A stretch of 64,000 nt of DNA from an uncultured cyanobacterium (lineage in GTDB: Bacteria > Cyanobacteriota > Cyanobacteriia > Cyanobacteriales > Nostocaceae). The stretch spans positions 5,248,001 to 5,312,000 of the forward strand of contig OY970166.1 in assembly GCA_963706595.1 (NCBI GenBank), given 5' to 3'. The notes beneath the pieces were generated by a model that saw only the letters and a program-made list of their open reading frames with translations, ran no database searches and was not told the DNA's origin. This document shows, piece after piece, positions 33,620 through 44,474 of the stretch; position 1 is the first letter of the stretch; each line of letters starts with the position of its first letter. Both the position numbers and the translations under genes were made by a program.

Positions 33620-36208
33620 TTGATGAACAAACACTTTTTTTTGTACCCTATTATCCCAATAACAACAATCTTGATGACAACTGTGGTTCAGGCCGCACCG
33701 TCTTCTGTAACTGATGTGCAACTAAATAGTATCGATGATGATAGTCTGCAACTGATCATCGTCTCGCCTAATTCTGCCGAAATAGAAGTTATAGAAAGCT
33801 TTTCAGGGGATAGAACGGTTGTAATTGACCTTCTGCAAACACAACTACAATTACCAGGACAAGAAAGCCTTCTTTGGTCTGATCCGTCTGTGGACATTAA
33901 AGAAATCACCGTTTTTCAGGAATCTCCTGAGCGGATTCAGTTAAGAATTGAGGGAGCAAGCACATTTCCAGATGTCAATATTGAATCAACTGTTGAAGGA
34001 CTTATTTTCAACTTACCCAAGCCAGGAAGTTTAGCAGAAACAACTCCTGAAGCACCAGCAGAAACAACTTCTACAGAAGAAGCAACTGAACCAATTGAAT
34101 TATTTGTTACCGCAACTCGTACAGAAGAAAATATACTTAATATTCCTCGCTCGATAACTGTGATTCGCCGAGAAGCAATTGAACAACAATCACAACTATC
34201 TAATAATCTTGCAGATATTTTAGGGAACACTGTACCTGGTTTTGGTCCACCCAGCCAAAGTGCTTCTAACCGCGCTCAATCCTTACGTGGTCGTCAACCT
34301 TCAGTCTTAATTGATGGTGTACCTTTATCTAGCAACCTGAGCGTTTTTCAAGATTTACGTAGTATTTCTCCTGATGCAGTTGAACGAGTAGAAGTTGTTC
34401 GAGGTCCCACATCAATCTACGGTGCAGAAGCACGGGGTGGCGTAATCAATATTATTACTCGTCAACCTACAGAAGAAGCATTTACTGCTAGTACCAACTT
34501 CAAAATTGGTCCAAGAATTTCCTTGTCTAATTTTTCTCAGAGTTTCGGCGCAGGAATTGAACAACTATTTTCTGGTCGTGTAGGAAATTTTGATTATATT
34601 CTCAATACTTCCTACGAAGGAACTGGTAACATTTTTGATGCTCAAGGAGATATTATTCCCGTAGGTAGGTCACAAGGTTTAGATAACTTAGAGACTTTTA
34701 ACATCTTAGCCAAAGCAGGTTTAAATATTACTCCTGACCAACGGTTACAGCTAACAGTTAATTATTTTGACGATAAACAAAATCCACCAACATTACCAGA
34801 TCCTAGCGTTGATCAAATTAATGAGCGAGTTAAATCAAGACCATTAAACCTTGACAGGGGATTAGAATTAGAAAACTTACCTGGTCGAGAAAACTTAACC
34901 ATTAATTTGAATTATTCTCATGAAAATTTTTTAAATAGTGATTTAAATGTACAAGCATTCTTTAATGAATCTAGTGTTGTAACTATTCCCCAAGATAATC
35001 GCCGGACAATTTTTCAGTCTGTTTCTCGTAGTATTACCGAATCAAATAAATATGGCGCACGCCTTGGTATTAATACACCCTTGGCAACAAATTTAAAGTT
35101 GCTTTGGGGAGCAGATTATTCTAAGGAATCTATTGAACAGCCCTTAGATATTTTTAATCCTAATGTCTTTGATCAAAGTGGTGGTACAAGATTTGAAAAA
35201 ATTGATGAAGCCTTCTTTTCTCCGCCTTATGATTTAGAAACATTAGGTTTATTTAGTCAATTAAATTGGCAAGCTAATGAGCGATTATCTTTGACTGGAG
35301 GACTAAGATTTGAACGTTTTAATATGTCAGTTGATAATTTTAATGTCCTTGGCTCTATTAATGTCCCTCAGCTTCCAGATGCAGCAGAAGAAGTTACTGG
35401 TGGTCAAGTAAGTTTTAATGATGTTGTATTTAACATCGGGGCAAATTATGATGTAAGCGATACTGTGAGCGTTTATGCTAATTTTGCTCAAGGATTTTCT
35501 GCACCAGATTTTCGTCGTTTCTTGAGATTTCTGCCATTATTTGTGAGTAATTTACCAGCACGAGTGAGTGAAGATATTCAAGTCACTCAACCAATTATTG
35601 TTGATAATTATGAAATTGGTGTCAGAGGCAACTGGGATAAATTACAAGCCTCTCTTGCTGGATTTTTTACTTACTCAGAATTAGGACAAAATGAACGTCG
35701 CAGCCAAGATGGCTCTTTTTTAGAATCTAGTCGAGAACCTACACGCACTTATGGAATAGAGGCAACGGTTGATTATCAAATTGATAATAACTGGCAGTTG
35801 GGAGGCAATTTTACTTGGGTTGAGGGAGACAGTAATCCTGCAACAGTGGATAATTTTCTTCCTTTAAGTACTGTGGATATTCAGCCAATAAAAATTGGTT
35901 TATATGCCCAAAATCAAACTACTCCTACTTGGGCAAATCGCTTACAATTGCTGATGGTTGGAAGTCGCAATCGTGCTTTTGAAAACACAATCAATAATAA
36001 TCCTATTGACCCTTTCCCTATTAATAGCTACACCACTCTAGACTGGATTAGTCAGTTACAAATAGGAAGAGGAAACTTAACCTTAGCAGTTCAAAATCTT
36101 CTCAATAATCAATATTTCCCCATTGACTCCCAAACTCAGAGGAGAAACCAAGAAAATGCAGCTGCGCTAGGACGTACCATTAGTTTGCAATATCAGTTTA
36201 GGTGGTAA
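33620..36208 (+). CDS. TonB-dependent siderophore receptor with N-terminal AMIN-like domain
   Basis: TonB box ELFVTATRTEE; plug VERVEVVRGPTSIYG..GGVINIIT; C-terminal GRTISLQYQFRW. Confidence 0.92.
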   Translation: MMNKHFFLYPIIPITTILMTTVVQAAPSSVTDVQLNSIDDDSLQLIIVSPNSAEIEVIESFSGDRTVVIDLLQTQLQLPGQESLLWSDPSVDIKEITVFQESPERIQLRIEGASTFPDVNIESTVEGLIFNLPKPGSLAETTPEAPAETTSTEEATEPIELFVTATRTEENILNIPRSITVIRREAIEQQSQLSNNLADILGNTVPGFGPPSQSASNRAQSLRGRQPSVLIDGVPLSSNLSVFQDLRSISPDAVERVEVVRGPTSIYGAEARGGVINIITRQPTEEAFTASTNFKIGPRISLSNFSQSFGAGIEQLFSGRVGNFDYILNTSYEGTGNIFDAQGDIIPVGRSQGLDNLETFNILAKAGLNITPDQRLQLTVNYFDDKQNPPTLPDPSVDQINERVKSRPLNLDRGLELENLPGRENLTINLNYSHENFLNSDLNVQAFFNESSVVTIPQDNRRTIFQSVSRSITESNKYGARLGINTPLATNLKLLWGADYSKESIEQPLDIFNPNVFDQSGGTRFEKIDEAFFSPPYDLETLGLFSQLNWQANERLSLTGGLRFERFNMSVDNFNVLGSINVPQLPDAAEEVTGGQVSFNDVVFNIGANYDVSDTVSVYANFAQGFSAPDFRRFLRFLPLFVSNLPARVSEDIQVTQPIIVDNYEIGVRGNWDKLQASLAGFFTYSELGQNERRSQDGSFLESSREPTRTYGIEATVDYQIDNNWQLGGNFTWVEGDSNPATVDNFLPLSTVDIQPIKIGLYAQNQTTPTWANRLQLLMVGSRNRAFENTINNNPIDPFPINSYTTLDWISQLQIGRGNLTLAVQNLLNNQYFPIDSQTQRRNQENAAALGRTISLQYQFRW

Positions 36209-36269
36209 TACCAACTTGAAAACTTTGATATAGAAGGCGATCGCCAATCCAAAATCCCCAATTGTATTT

Positions 36270-37199
36270 ATGTTACAGCGTTTTTCCTTATCCCTTTTTC
36301 TTTTAGGATTACTCACTCTCATTAGTTGTCAAAGCAATGAAACTGTCTCCCGGCCTATTCCTGATCCTGCTAATTTAATTACTCATACTAGAGGAGAAAC
36401 TGCTGTTCCAATTAATCCTGAGCGTGTAGTAGCTTTAGATAATATTGCTCTGGATAGTGTACTCACTCTAGGAGTACAGCCAATAGCAGCCCTTATTGAC
36501 CAAAGTACACGGGAATTTCCAGTACATCTGCGCGATCAGATTACAGATAGGACGGAAAAACTGTCTTCTAACCAGCCAAATTTAGAAAGAATTATTCAAC
36601 TAAAGCCAGATTTAATTATTGGTGGAAAAAATGTCGAGCCAGTTTATGGTCAACTTAATCAAATTGCACCAACCATTTTGTTAGAACAGGGTGGAAGCAA
36701 TGACTGGAAAAGTGGATTTTTACTGACAGCTAAAGCACTGGGAAAATTGAAGCAGGGAGAAACTTTGTTAGATAACTATAATCAGCGTGTAGAACAGTTG
36801 CGATCGCGCTTAAAAAATCCTGAAGAAATCGAGGTGTCAGTAGTACGAATTTTTCCACAAGGACTACGGCTTTATCAAAATGATACTTTTATTGGAGGTA
36901 TACTAAAAGATATTGGATTATCTCGTCCTGCCAGTCAAAATGAAAATAATTCATGGTTACAAATTTCACGGGAAAGATTAGAGGAAGCAGATGGAGATGT
37001 CATATTTGTCTGGAATTTAGGGGAGGAAGCACAAAATAATTTAGCACAATTAAAAAAAGATCCGTTATGGTCTAAATTGAATGCTGTGCAGGCAGGGAAA
37101 GTTTATGAAGTTCCCGCTTATTGGATAGGTAGTGGTTCTATTGCTGCTAACAAAGTCTTGAATGACCTGACAACTTACTTGTTAGACAAAGAAGATTAA
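36270..37199 (+). CDS. Fe-siderophore ABC transporter substrate-binding lipoprotein (FhuD/FecB family)
   Basis: Lipobox LISC; PERVVAL; PNLERIIQLKPDLII; LWSKLNAVQAGKVY. Confidence 0.9.
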   Translation: MLQRFSLSLFLLGLLTLISCQSNETVSRPIPDPANLITHTRGETAVPINPERVVALDNIALDSVLTLGVQPIAALIDQSTREFPVHLRDQITDRTEKLSSNQPNLERIIQLKPDLIIGGKNVEPVYGQLNQIAPTILLEQGGSNDWKSGFLLTAKALGKLKQGETLLDNYNQRVEQLRSRLKNPEEIEVSVVRIFPQGLRLYQNDTFIGGILKDIGLSRPASQNENNSWLQISRERLEEADGDVIFVWNLGEEAQNNLAQLKKDPLWSKLNAVQAGKVYEVPAYWIGSGSIAANKVLNDLTTYLLDKED

Positions 37200-37380
37200 G
37201 CTAAACTTACCCCAGCGCAAATTTACTAAGGAGACATCAAAAGTTAGTAGTTTGAAGAATGCAGGCTTTTGAAAATTTATACAAGTATTTTCCAAGTTAA
37301 ACCAGATTTTCAAATTTAAAACTATTGATTATCTAGGTTCTCTTTTAGTCGTGTTATGTATCATTTAAATAATCTGTAAT

Positions 37381-38358
37381 ATGTCAATATCAGAAATAGA
37401 TTTTCAGCAATGTCGATTTTGCTCGGATATATCACAAGCTGTAGGAGAAAGCCCAACTGGAACAGCAGGTTATTATGATTATTGGTTAGTAGTTGAATTA
37501 CCTCAACCGTGGTCAGAAACTGCTTTTGAACAAAGTCAAGTTTTAAAACCTTATTTAGAAATAATCAAATTCTTGATTTATAAAAAAGGTATGAAAATTC
37601 GACCACTGGCAATCGCATCTGATCCTGAATATTCTCAGCCCGGTTATACAAGAGTTTTATTTTATCGTCGTCCTCAATATTTGTTTGCTCGTTATCAGCA
37701 AGAAGAATATTTAATTCCTGATGTGGAGTTAGGTAACTTAGTTTCAGCACTCCTTGTTGAACCTGAAAGACTGATTGACTTTAATCAATATCAACAAGAT
37801 AATACCCATCAGTATGATATTTTAATTTGTACTCATGGAAATATTGATGTCGCTTGTTCCCGTTATGGCTATCCTCTCTATGAAAATTGGCGAAAGCAGG
37901 CTAATTCCCAGTTTCGAGTTTGGCGGTGTAGTCATTTTGGTGGACATCGGTTTGCTCCAACTGCGATTAGTCTTCCAGATGGACGTTACTGGGGACATTT
38001 AGTGCCAGAAGCATTGAGTTTAATAATTAAACAAAAAGGAAATCTGAATGATATCAAGTCCTATTATCGTGGTTGGGCTGGCGTAAACCAATGGGTGCAA
38101 ATCGCTGAAGGAGAAATTTGGTTAAATCATGGTTGGGATTGGTGTAATTATCTGAAAGCAGGAGAAGTCTTAGAAGCAGACAAAAACAAAGAATGGGCAA
38201 CAGTTCGCATTCATTATTCCTCTGTTAATGGAGAAGATAATGGTACATACAATGCAAAAATCGAGAGTATTAAAGAATTAACAACAGCAGGAGACTCTGG
38301 TTCTCCTCCTAGTAGTGCTGTAGTTAAACAGTATCAAGCTACTATTCTATACCGATAA
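37381..38358 (+). CDS. Sucrase/ferredoxin-like protein
   Basis: ICTHGNIDVACSRYG and CSHFGGHRFAPT. Confidence 0.85.
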   Translation: MSISEIDFQQCRFCSDISQAVGESPTGTAGYYDYWLVVELPQPWSETAFEQSQVLKPYLEIIKFLIYKKGMKIRPLAIASDPEYSQPGYTRVLFYRRPQYLFARYQQEEYLIPDVELGNLVSALLVEPERLIDFNQYQQDNTHQYDILICTHGNIDVACSRYGYPLYENWRKQANSQFRVWRCSHFGGHRFAPTAISLPDGRYWGHLVPEALSLIIKQKGNLNDIKSYYRGWAGVNQWVQIAEGEIWLNHGWDWCNYLKAGEVLEADKNKEWATVRIHYSSVNGEDNGTYNAKIESIKELTTAGDSGSPPSSAVVKQYQATILYR

Positions 38359-38498
38359 TTAACCCTTGCTGAGTGCGTTGCCTAATTAGTAAAATAGAAA
38401 TATTGCGATTGCTCATAGCAGAAAGCGCAGATCAAGAAATAATGGTCTTACGCCAATACAGAGACGAAGAAGAATATATAAATTTGAGAAGGTAAACA

Positions 38499-39362
38499 AT
38501 GAAACAAAATTCATTATTTACTAACCGCATAGCCGTGCTAGCAACAATGCACCAAAAAGAAAAAGCGATCGCTCCGATTTTAGAATCAGAATTAGGCATT
38601 TATATTACCGTACCTAAACATTTTAATACAGATAGTTTTGGTACATTTACGAGAAAAATTAACCGGATAAATACTCAAATTGCCACGGCTAGATTAAAAG
38701 CGGAAAAAGCATTAGAATTGACAGGTGAAACTCTAGTAATAGCGAGCGAAGGTAGTTTTGCACCTCACCCTAGTACACCTTTTCTGGCTAGTAATAGAGA
38801 AATTGTGATTATTTTAGATAAAAAACATAATTTAGAAATAATTGGAGAAGAATTTTCCCTAGAAACTAATCATAATCATATAGTTGTGGAAAGTGTAGAA
38901 CAGGCATTTGAGTTTGCTGAAAAAATAGGCTTTCCTGAACATGGTTTGGTAGTTATGTTTAGTGAATATCCGCCATCTAGCCAACAAATTATTCAAGGCA
39001 TTATTACACCAGAACAACTTGTAGAATCTGTAAATTATGTTCTAGAAAATTCACCAACAGGTAAAGCACATCTGGAAACAGATATGCGGGCAATGTATAA
39101 CCCTACACGCATGAATAATATCGCCAAAGCTACTCAAGATTTGGTCAGAAAAATTAACAGTCTTTGTCCAAAATGTTCCGCCCCTGGTTTTGCAATTACC
39201 CAAAAAATTCCGGGTTTACCTTGTGCAATCTGCCACTCTCCAACTCTTGTAACGCTAACTGTGATTTATCAATGTCAAAAATGCGGTTTTAGTCAAAAAA
39301 AACCATTTCCCCAAACAAGTCAATATGCTGACCCAGCACAATGTCTGTATTGCAATCCTTAA
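38499..39362 (+). CDS. Conserved hypothetical protein with Cys-rich C-terminus (DUF6671-like)
   Basis: ATMHQKEKAI, ASEGSFAPHP, ETDMRAMYNPTRM and four CxxC pairs. Confidence 0.65.
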   Translation: MKQNSLFTNRIAVLATMHQKEKAIAPILESELGIYITVPKHFNTDSFGTFTRKINRINTQIATARLKAEKALELTGETLVIASEGSFAPHPSTPFLASNREIVIILDKKHNLEIIGEEFSLETNHNHIVVESVEQAFEFAEKIGFPEHGLVVMFSEYPPSSQQIIQGIITPEQLVESVNYVLENSPTGKAHLETDMRAMYNPTRMNNIAKATQDLVRKINSLCPKCSAPGFAITQKIPGLPCAICHSPTLVTLTVIYQCQKCGFSQKKPFPQTSQYADPAQCLYCNP

Positions 39363-39714
39363 TGATACAGTACGCGATACCTGACGGTAAGCTTCGCTAA
39401 CGCGCCGGAATTATCAGCGAGCGATGGCTTCGGGGTGGGGAACTTGAGCGCACAAAATTACTTCAATTGTTTAGAATTAAATTCATACCATTCGTGATGC
39501 TGTGGAAGAACTAGGAAGCGTGATGAATACAAGTTAAGTATTTATTGGGTTTATAAAGTATTTATATTTACATAAAATATCATCTTGATGGGGCAGAGCA
39601 ATCCCATTCAACGGTCTACTTTTAGAGTACCTCGCAAATGTTGGGGATAAATTAGCATAAATCCTGATGGTGCGATTGGTTTGTAATGGATATATTAGGC
39701 GGATAAAACTTTAA

Positions 39715-40707
39715 GTGAATAAGATGAAAAATATACACAATACCCAAAGGCTATTACTAGTATTGCTGCTTGTGCTATCTCCTCTGAAAATCAGGGAAGC
39801 AGTAGCTCAAACAACACCTTTAACATCAGCAGTTGAAGAACAGAACATACCATTCGATTTAGCCCCCAAGGAGAATCCACAATTAGATAATCAACCTGAT
39901 ACACAATTGCCTCAAGCCGCAAAAAATCCTCGCCAGAAGTCTAATATTGATGTTATTGTGCAACTTCAAGCTGATGATGAAATATGGCAACAGATGCGCG
40001 CTGGTAAGCCATGCTTAGAAAACTCAGCGACTTGTTTACAGCAGCTGCAAGATCAAGCGATCGCTCAGTCACCTTTACTCAAAGAAATTGATCATCGTAT
40101 TGCTGAGGCTAATGAAACTATAAACCAAGCTAGAGCTAAGAATCAAAAATCTATTCAGCTTGCGGCTTTAACGCCAGCACTGCAATATATTCTAGGACCA
40201 GCACCACAACCAGAACAACCACAACAACGAGAAAATAGGCTTATTGATCATGTTTTGGGCATTATTCGTGGTGATACAGGATTGATTCAGGGGCTATTCC
40301 GAGTAGTTAGCATACCATTTTTTAATAGAAATCGAAGTATAAATACTGAGGCTCAACGTCAGGCACTACCTATTACGGATGTTCAAGTAAAAGTAGATGA
40401 GTTGCAACGAGGAAGAGCAAAGTTAGTAGATGAAATTAGGGAAAATGTAGCTTTATCTTTGAGTAATTTTGATACAGCAAGAACAGATTTTCAAACTGCT
40501 CAATCTTCAGCTAATCGGGCTATTGACGAGTTTAAAGATATTGAAAGTAGATTTGTTCAGGGTAATTATGATTCTGAAACTTATCTTTTACGTCATAATC
40601 AACTTGAGAATACAAAAGTTCAAACTTATCGCTCTTGGATAAATATGCGAAGGGCTTTATTTGATTTAAAATTGCTTGTTCTCAATATTAAAGATGTAGA
40701 AATTTAA
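39715..40707 (+). CDS. Exported helical hypothetical protein (weakly outer-membrane-efflux-like)
   Basis: Signal peptide ending AVAQ; long coiled-coil C-terminal half. Confidence 0.55.
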   Translation: MNKMKNIHNTQRLLLVLLLVLSPLKIREAVAQTTPLTSAVEEQNIPFDLAPKENPQLDNQPDTQLPQAAKNPRQKSNIDVIVQLQADDEIWQQMRAGKPCLENSATCLQQLQDQAIAQSPLLKEIDHRIAEANETINQARAKNQKSIQLAALTPALQYILGPAPQPEQPQQRENRLIDHVLGIIRGDTGLIQGLFRVVSIPFFNRNRSINTEAQRQALPITDVQVKVDELQRGRAKLVDEIRENVALSLSNFDTARTDFQTAQSSANRAIDEFKDIESRFVQGNYDSETYLLRHNQLENTKVQTYRSWINMRRALFDLKLLVLNIKDVEI

Positions 40708-40905
40708 TTAACAGGCAACAGGGAACAGAAAAATTTTCATCCCTACTCTAACAGGGATAAAATTTGCGCTAACCTAACAACATCAATCCCCGCAACATTA
40801 GCCCAAGCCTCTAACTGCTAGGGAAGACAGCATTGGTCGGGGCTTGTTACCCCTTTCTTTGTTGGATCTGTCTCGAACCTGCAACCCCGTTGGTGCGGGG
40901 TTTGG

Positions 40906-41934
40906 TCATACCATTTGCCATGTCATTTCCTGCCCCGCCCCCAAAGGTACAAGCCCAGATTCCATAAATGAAACTTGATTAGGAACGCGCCAAGTCGTTT
41001 TGGACAAGGTAATTCGCTCGGTATTACGTGGCAGTTGATAAAAATCTGGGCCATAGAAGCTAGCGAACGCCTCCAGTTTATCCAGGGCTTTCACGCTTTC
41101 AAATGCTGCGGCATACAACTCAAGGGCGTGCAGAGCCGAAAAGCATCCCGCGCAGCCACAGGAACTTTCTTTGCTGGTGCGGGTATGGGGAGCGCTATCG
41201 GTACCTAGAAAAAACTTCGGATTCCCCGATGTTGCCGCTTGCAACAAAGCCTGACGATGCTCCTCTCGTTTCAAAATGGGCAGGCAATAAAAATGGGGGC
41301 GAAGGCCGCCTTTGAACATGGCATTACGGTTAAACAACAAATGTTGTGGCGTAATTGTGGCCGCGATGGTGTTGGCAGACAGGACATACTGCACCGCATC
41401 GGAGGTGGTGATATGCTCAAGCACCACCCGCAGGTTGGGAAAACGCTGCTTGAGGGGGATTAGATGTCGCTCGATAAAAACCTTCTCGCGATCAAACGTA
41501 TCAACATCGTTATCGGTCACTTCCCCGTGCAGTAATAATGGCATTTCCACCTGCTGCATCACTTCAAAGACGCGATCGCACTTCCGAATATCTGTCACAC
41601 CGGAGTCTGAGTTGGTCGTTGCACCAGCTGGGTAGTATTTGACCGCTTTGATAAACTGGGATGCTTTCGCCCGGAGAATGTCGTCGGGGCTGGTGTTGTC
41701 GGTGAGGTAGAGCGTCATCAATGGCTCAAATTGTTGCCCCTCTGGAATGGCGGCGAGGATGCGATCGCGATAAGCAGCCGCATCTGCCACCGAGCGGATA
41801 GGGGGCTTCAAGTTCGGCATGATGATCGCGCGGGCAAACTGACGCACCGTGTAGGGCAGAACCGCTTTCAGTGCTGCACCGTCGCGGAGATGCAGATGCC
41901 AATCGTCAGGTCGGGTAATGGTAAGCTTTTGCAT
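40906..41934 (-). CDS. pyrC: Dihydroorotase (homodimeric, E. coli type)
   Basis: [35 protein letters not shown]. Confidence 0.97.
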   Translation of the reverse strand: MQKLTITRPDDWHLHLRDGAALKAVLPYTVRQFARAIIMPNLKPPIRSVADAAAYRDRILAAIPEGQQFEPLMTLYLTDNTSPDDILRAKASQFIKAVKYYPAGATTNSDSGVTDIRKCDRVFEVMQQVEMPLLLHGEVTDNDVDTFDREKVFIERHLIPLKQRFPNLRVVLEHITTSDAVQYVLSANTIAATITPQHLLFNRNAMFKGGLRPHFYCLPILKREEHRQALLQAATSGNPKFFLGTDSAPHTRTSKESSCGCAGCFSALHALELYAAAFESVKALDKLEAFASFYGPDFYQLPRNTERITLSKTTWRVPNQVSFMESGLVPLGAGQEMTWQMV

Positions 41935-42011
41935 CCTTATCCAGGTAACTTATATGACATTTTTTTATTAAACTCAGCAAATCGCGTTGCTCCCCGTTGG
42001 ACTTGTCTCAC

Positions 42012-42422
42012 TCAATTAAGATCGTTACGATTAGGTGTCGGCAATTGCATTACCTCAGAAAAACGTGAATACTTAACTTCATCTGTAGGAGGATAATCTG
42101 CTGATACAGCAATTAAGCCCATTTTTATATCCTCGAAATAAATTACACCCCCAATACGTCTTTCAACTTGGAAAGGGGCATGAAAAAAATGATACTCTGC
42201 AATGTAAATCGGGAGAAAGTCAGTAATTTTTATAGACCTACCAAACATTTGCTGACAAGTGTTGTGCAGGACAGCATCTAGGTATTTATTATAGGCAGGC
42301 TTACCCAGATCAGTAAATTCGGCATGATCCGCAAAATGATCCATATAAAATAACCAGATATTGGATAAGTCTGCTTCAATAGTCAGTTTTTGCTTAAGTT
42401 CCTGCAATCGGTCGATGTTCAT
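42012..42422 (-). CDS. Conserved hypothetical protein
   Basis: 136-aa ATG ORF with globular composition, co-oriented with pyrC. Confidence 0.65.
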   Translation of the reverse strand: MNIDRLQELKQKLTIEADLSNIWLFYMDHFADHAEFTDLGKPAYNKYLDAVLHNTCQQMFGRSIKITDFLPIYIAEYHFFHAPFQVERRIGGVIYFEDIKMGLIAVSADYPPTDEVKYSRFSEVMQLPTPNRNDLN

Positions 42423-42977
42423 GTTCGGATATTGATGAAGTGGGACGAGCAGACAGCACTGTTAAAATCTAACATGAGCATAACTTGATTCGGAATTATT
42501 GCATATTTTGGCGATGAAGCAGAGTTGTTGCGTGAAATCCGGATTTTTGGTAAGGGAAAAGTTGGGAGACAGGCGATCGCTTCCTCCTGCTGCGCTCCGC
42601 GCCATCGCTGCTGGCTGGTGCTGTTTTAAGAAAAACGGGTGAAGTTTGGGAATTTGCATCAGTTGCCACACTATAAAATCTTATTTGGGATAAAATCTAC
42701 AGCAGTTATTACGATTTACCACCCTAAAGCAACAGTAATCTGTTAAAGGTGAAGTCTGCGATATTCTAGCTGTTAATTAACCCTAAGCAATCGCCTTCAA
42801 TATCCTAGCCAAAATCTGTAAGTTGGCGGCTTTAATTAAACCCACTTATCCACAAGCGAATTCGCTTCAAACATAACACGGAGACAAAAAAGTGCAAATT
42901 ACGAAGCGCAATGTCGAGTTAAGAGTAGATGACAGTTTAATGCGTGTTTATGTAGCGGCTCCCAAAGCACCAGGAGT

Positions 42978-43194
42978 TTACCCAGGTATAGAACCACAAA
43001 AATTATCCCAACTTTTAGCTATCCATTGACAACGCAGATGTAACATAATTTCTGCATTATTTTGTAACCAAAACTTACTGTTGCCTTTCATGCGTAAATT
43101 AACAACTTGACGAATTAAACTTTCAACTGCACCACTACCGAGAGGTAATTTTCGAGATGCCACCTCGTTATATTTTAAAAGCCTCCTTCTATGG
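42978..43194 (-). mobile_element. ISLre2/ISKra4-like transposase C-terminal remnant
   Basis: LPLGSGAVESLIRQVVNLRMKG...W motif; N-terminus missing. Confidence 0.75.
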
Positions 43195-43447
43195 CAGGGT
43201 AAGAGCATCTCAATTAGGCTTGATATAAGGGCTGAGATGAATCTATTGTAGAGTCAATGAAACAAGAACTGAGAACTCGAATCATATAATCATTGTCCAT
43301 ACCAGTGCGTTTCATTTTTTGACGCATCCTACGTTTGTAAGTGTGTTCACGATTGAGAGCATTGAGAGCAATGCGTCGTAAAAGAGCAAAATTACGGGGA
43401 CTATTCCAAGAGCGAATACGGCAAGCATCCTCAGCAAAAGTACAATT
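43195..43447 (-). mobile_element. ISAs1-family transposase C-terminal remnant with terminal IR
   Basis: Minus-strand frame TFAEDACRIRSWNSPRNFALLRRIALNAL...YQA* (stop at 43214). End sequence CAGGGTAAGAGCATCTC starts at 43195. Confidence 0.78.
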
Positions 43448-43509
43448 CCCGTGTCCAATGAGAAAGAGAAATGTTCACATCTTATTTAGGATCGCTATAT
43501 TATCCAATT

Positions 43510-43776
43510 TTAAGGACCAGAAAAAACAGCTTGTTCTATATCTTCCCGGCTGAGAGAATACAAAAACGAGCGTTGGATTTCTTGGTTATTTTCTTCAGAT
43601 TTGATATATCTAACTGTAATTTGCTCAGTATCAAGCCACAGTTGAGCTTCCCAATTAGGTCGCTGTACACGCCAACAATGTAGCTCATTTTCATCTTGTT
43701 GACAGCCTTGCTCTTTTAACCACTTTTCAATTTGTGGTAAGGGATGACTATATAAAGGTGTATCGGGAGTAAGCAT
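43510..43776 (-). CDS. DUF3143-family protein
   Basis: TPLYSHPLPQIEKWL ... YSLSREDIEQAVFSGP; adjacent to a J-domain gene. Confidence 0.75.
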   Translation of the reverse strand: MLTPDTPLYSHPLPQIEKWLKEQGCQQDENELHCWRVQRPNWEAQLWLDTEQITVRYIKSEENNQEIQRSFLYSLSREDIEQAVFSGP

Positions 43777-43802
43777 ATAAAATTACAAAAAACTACTAAA
43801 AA

Positions 43803-44333
43803 TTAAATAATCTTCACTTGTTCAGGGGTGGAGACTTGAGAAATATGGGTAATTTGTGGTTGTGTAACTTGGGTGGGGATGCTGCTTTCACCACGAATCA
43901 CAGCCACAGCGATCGCCACTAATACACAACCTGCCAAAGTTAAGCCTAACACAAATAATACAAAGAGTTCGCCGGCGGATAAAGGGCGATCGCTCGCATC
44001 CAGATACATTGATTTAGAAAAATCGTAGGGTTGACGCACCGGATGGTTTAAATCCGTTGGGGCTTGAATTACCCCAAAGCGAGAATAGCCAATTTTCGCA
44101 TCATAACTTAAACGCCGTTCTGGACTGCTCAGAGTGGCGTAAGCTTCATTAATTTGCTGAAATTTCGTAGTCGCAACCGTAGCAGGTAATTCCGTAGTAT
44201 CTGGGTGATACTGTTTACTCAACTCCCAATAAGCCCGACGGATATCAATCACCGACGCTGAAGGATGCAGTCCTAGCAGTCCGTAATATGTTGTATTCTT
44301 GCTGATTTGTCGCTTTATCCCGTTTTCAGTCAC
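43803..44333 (-). CDS. DnaJ-domain membrane protein
   Basis: HPD motif (YHPDT) and a C-terminal TM helix. Confidence 0.88.
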   Translation of the reverse strand: MTENGIKRQISKNTTYYGLLGLHPSASVIDIRRAYWELSKQYHPDTTELPATVATTKFQQINEAYATLSSPERRLSYDAKIGYSRFGVIQAPTDLNHPVRQPYDFSKSMYLDASDRPLSAGELFVLFVLGLTLAGCVLVAIAVAVIRGESSIPTQVTQPQITHISQVSTPEQVKII

Positions 44334-44474
44334 GGCTTTGATTCACTTTGCTCAAATTCAGTTTTTTATATTTTAATTCTTTTATGAATTGACGCGCCGC
44401 AAAACTTCAAACTTTCAACCCCCAGATGAAGCAGGGGGTTTGAATCTAGTTTATATTTGTGCCATGATCGCCAA

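Noticed and set aside
12960..34230. Many short antisense or overlapping ORFs inside the PKS, NRPS and receptor genes
   Set aside because: They are shadow frames of long, motif-supported genes and have no recognisable motifs.
39372..39440. GC-rich patches here, at 7777-7806 and at 63390-63460 as ncRNA genes
   Set aside because: They look like degenerate dispersed cyanobacterial repeats, with no tRNA or riboswitch features recognised.
43341..43683. Plus-strand ORFs 43341-43553 and 43471-43683
   Set aside because: They are antisense to the ISAs1 remnant and the DUF3143 gene.
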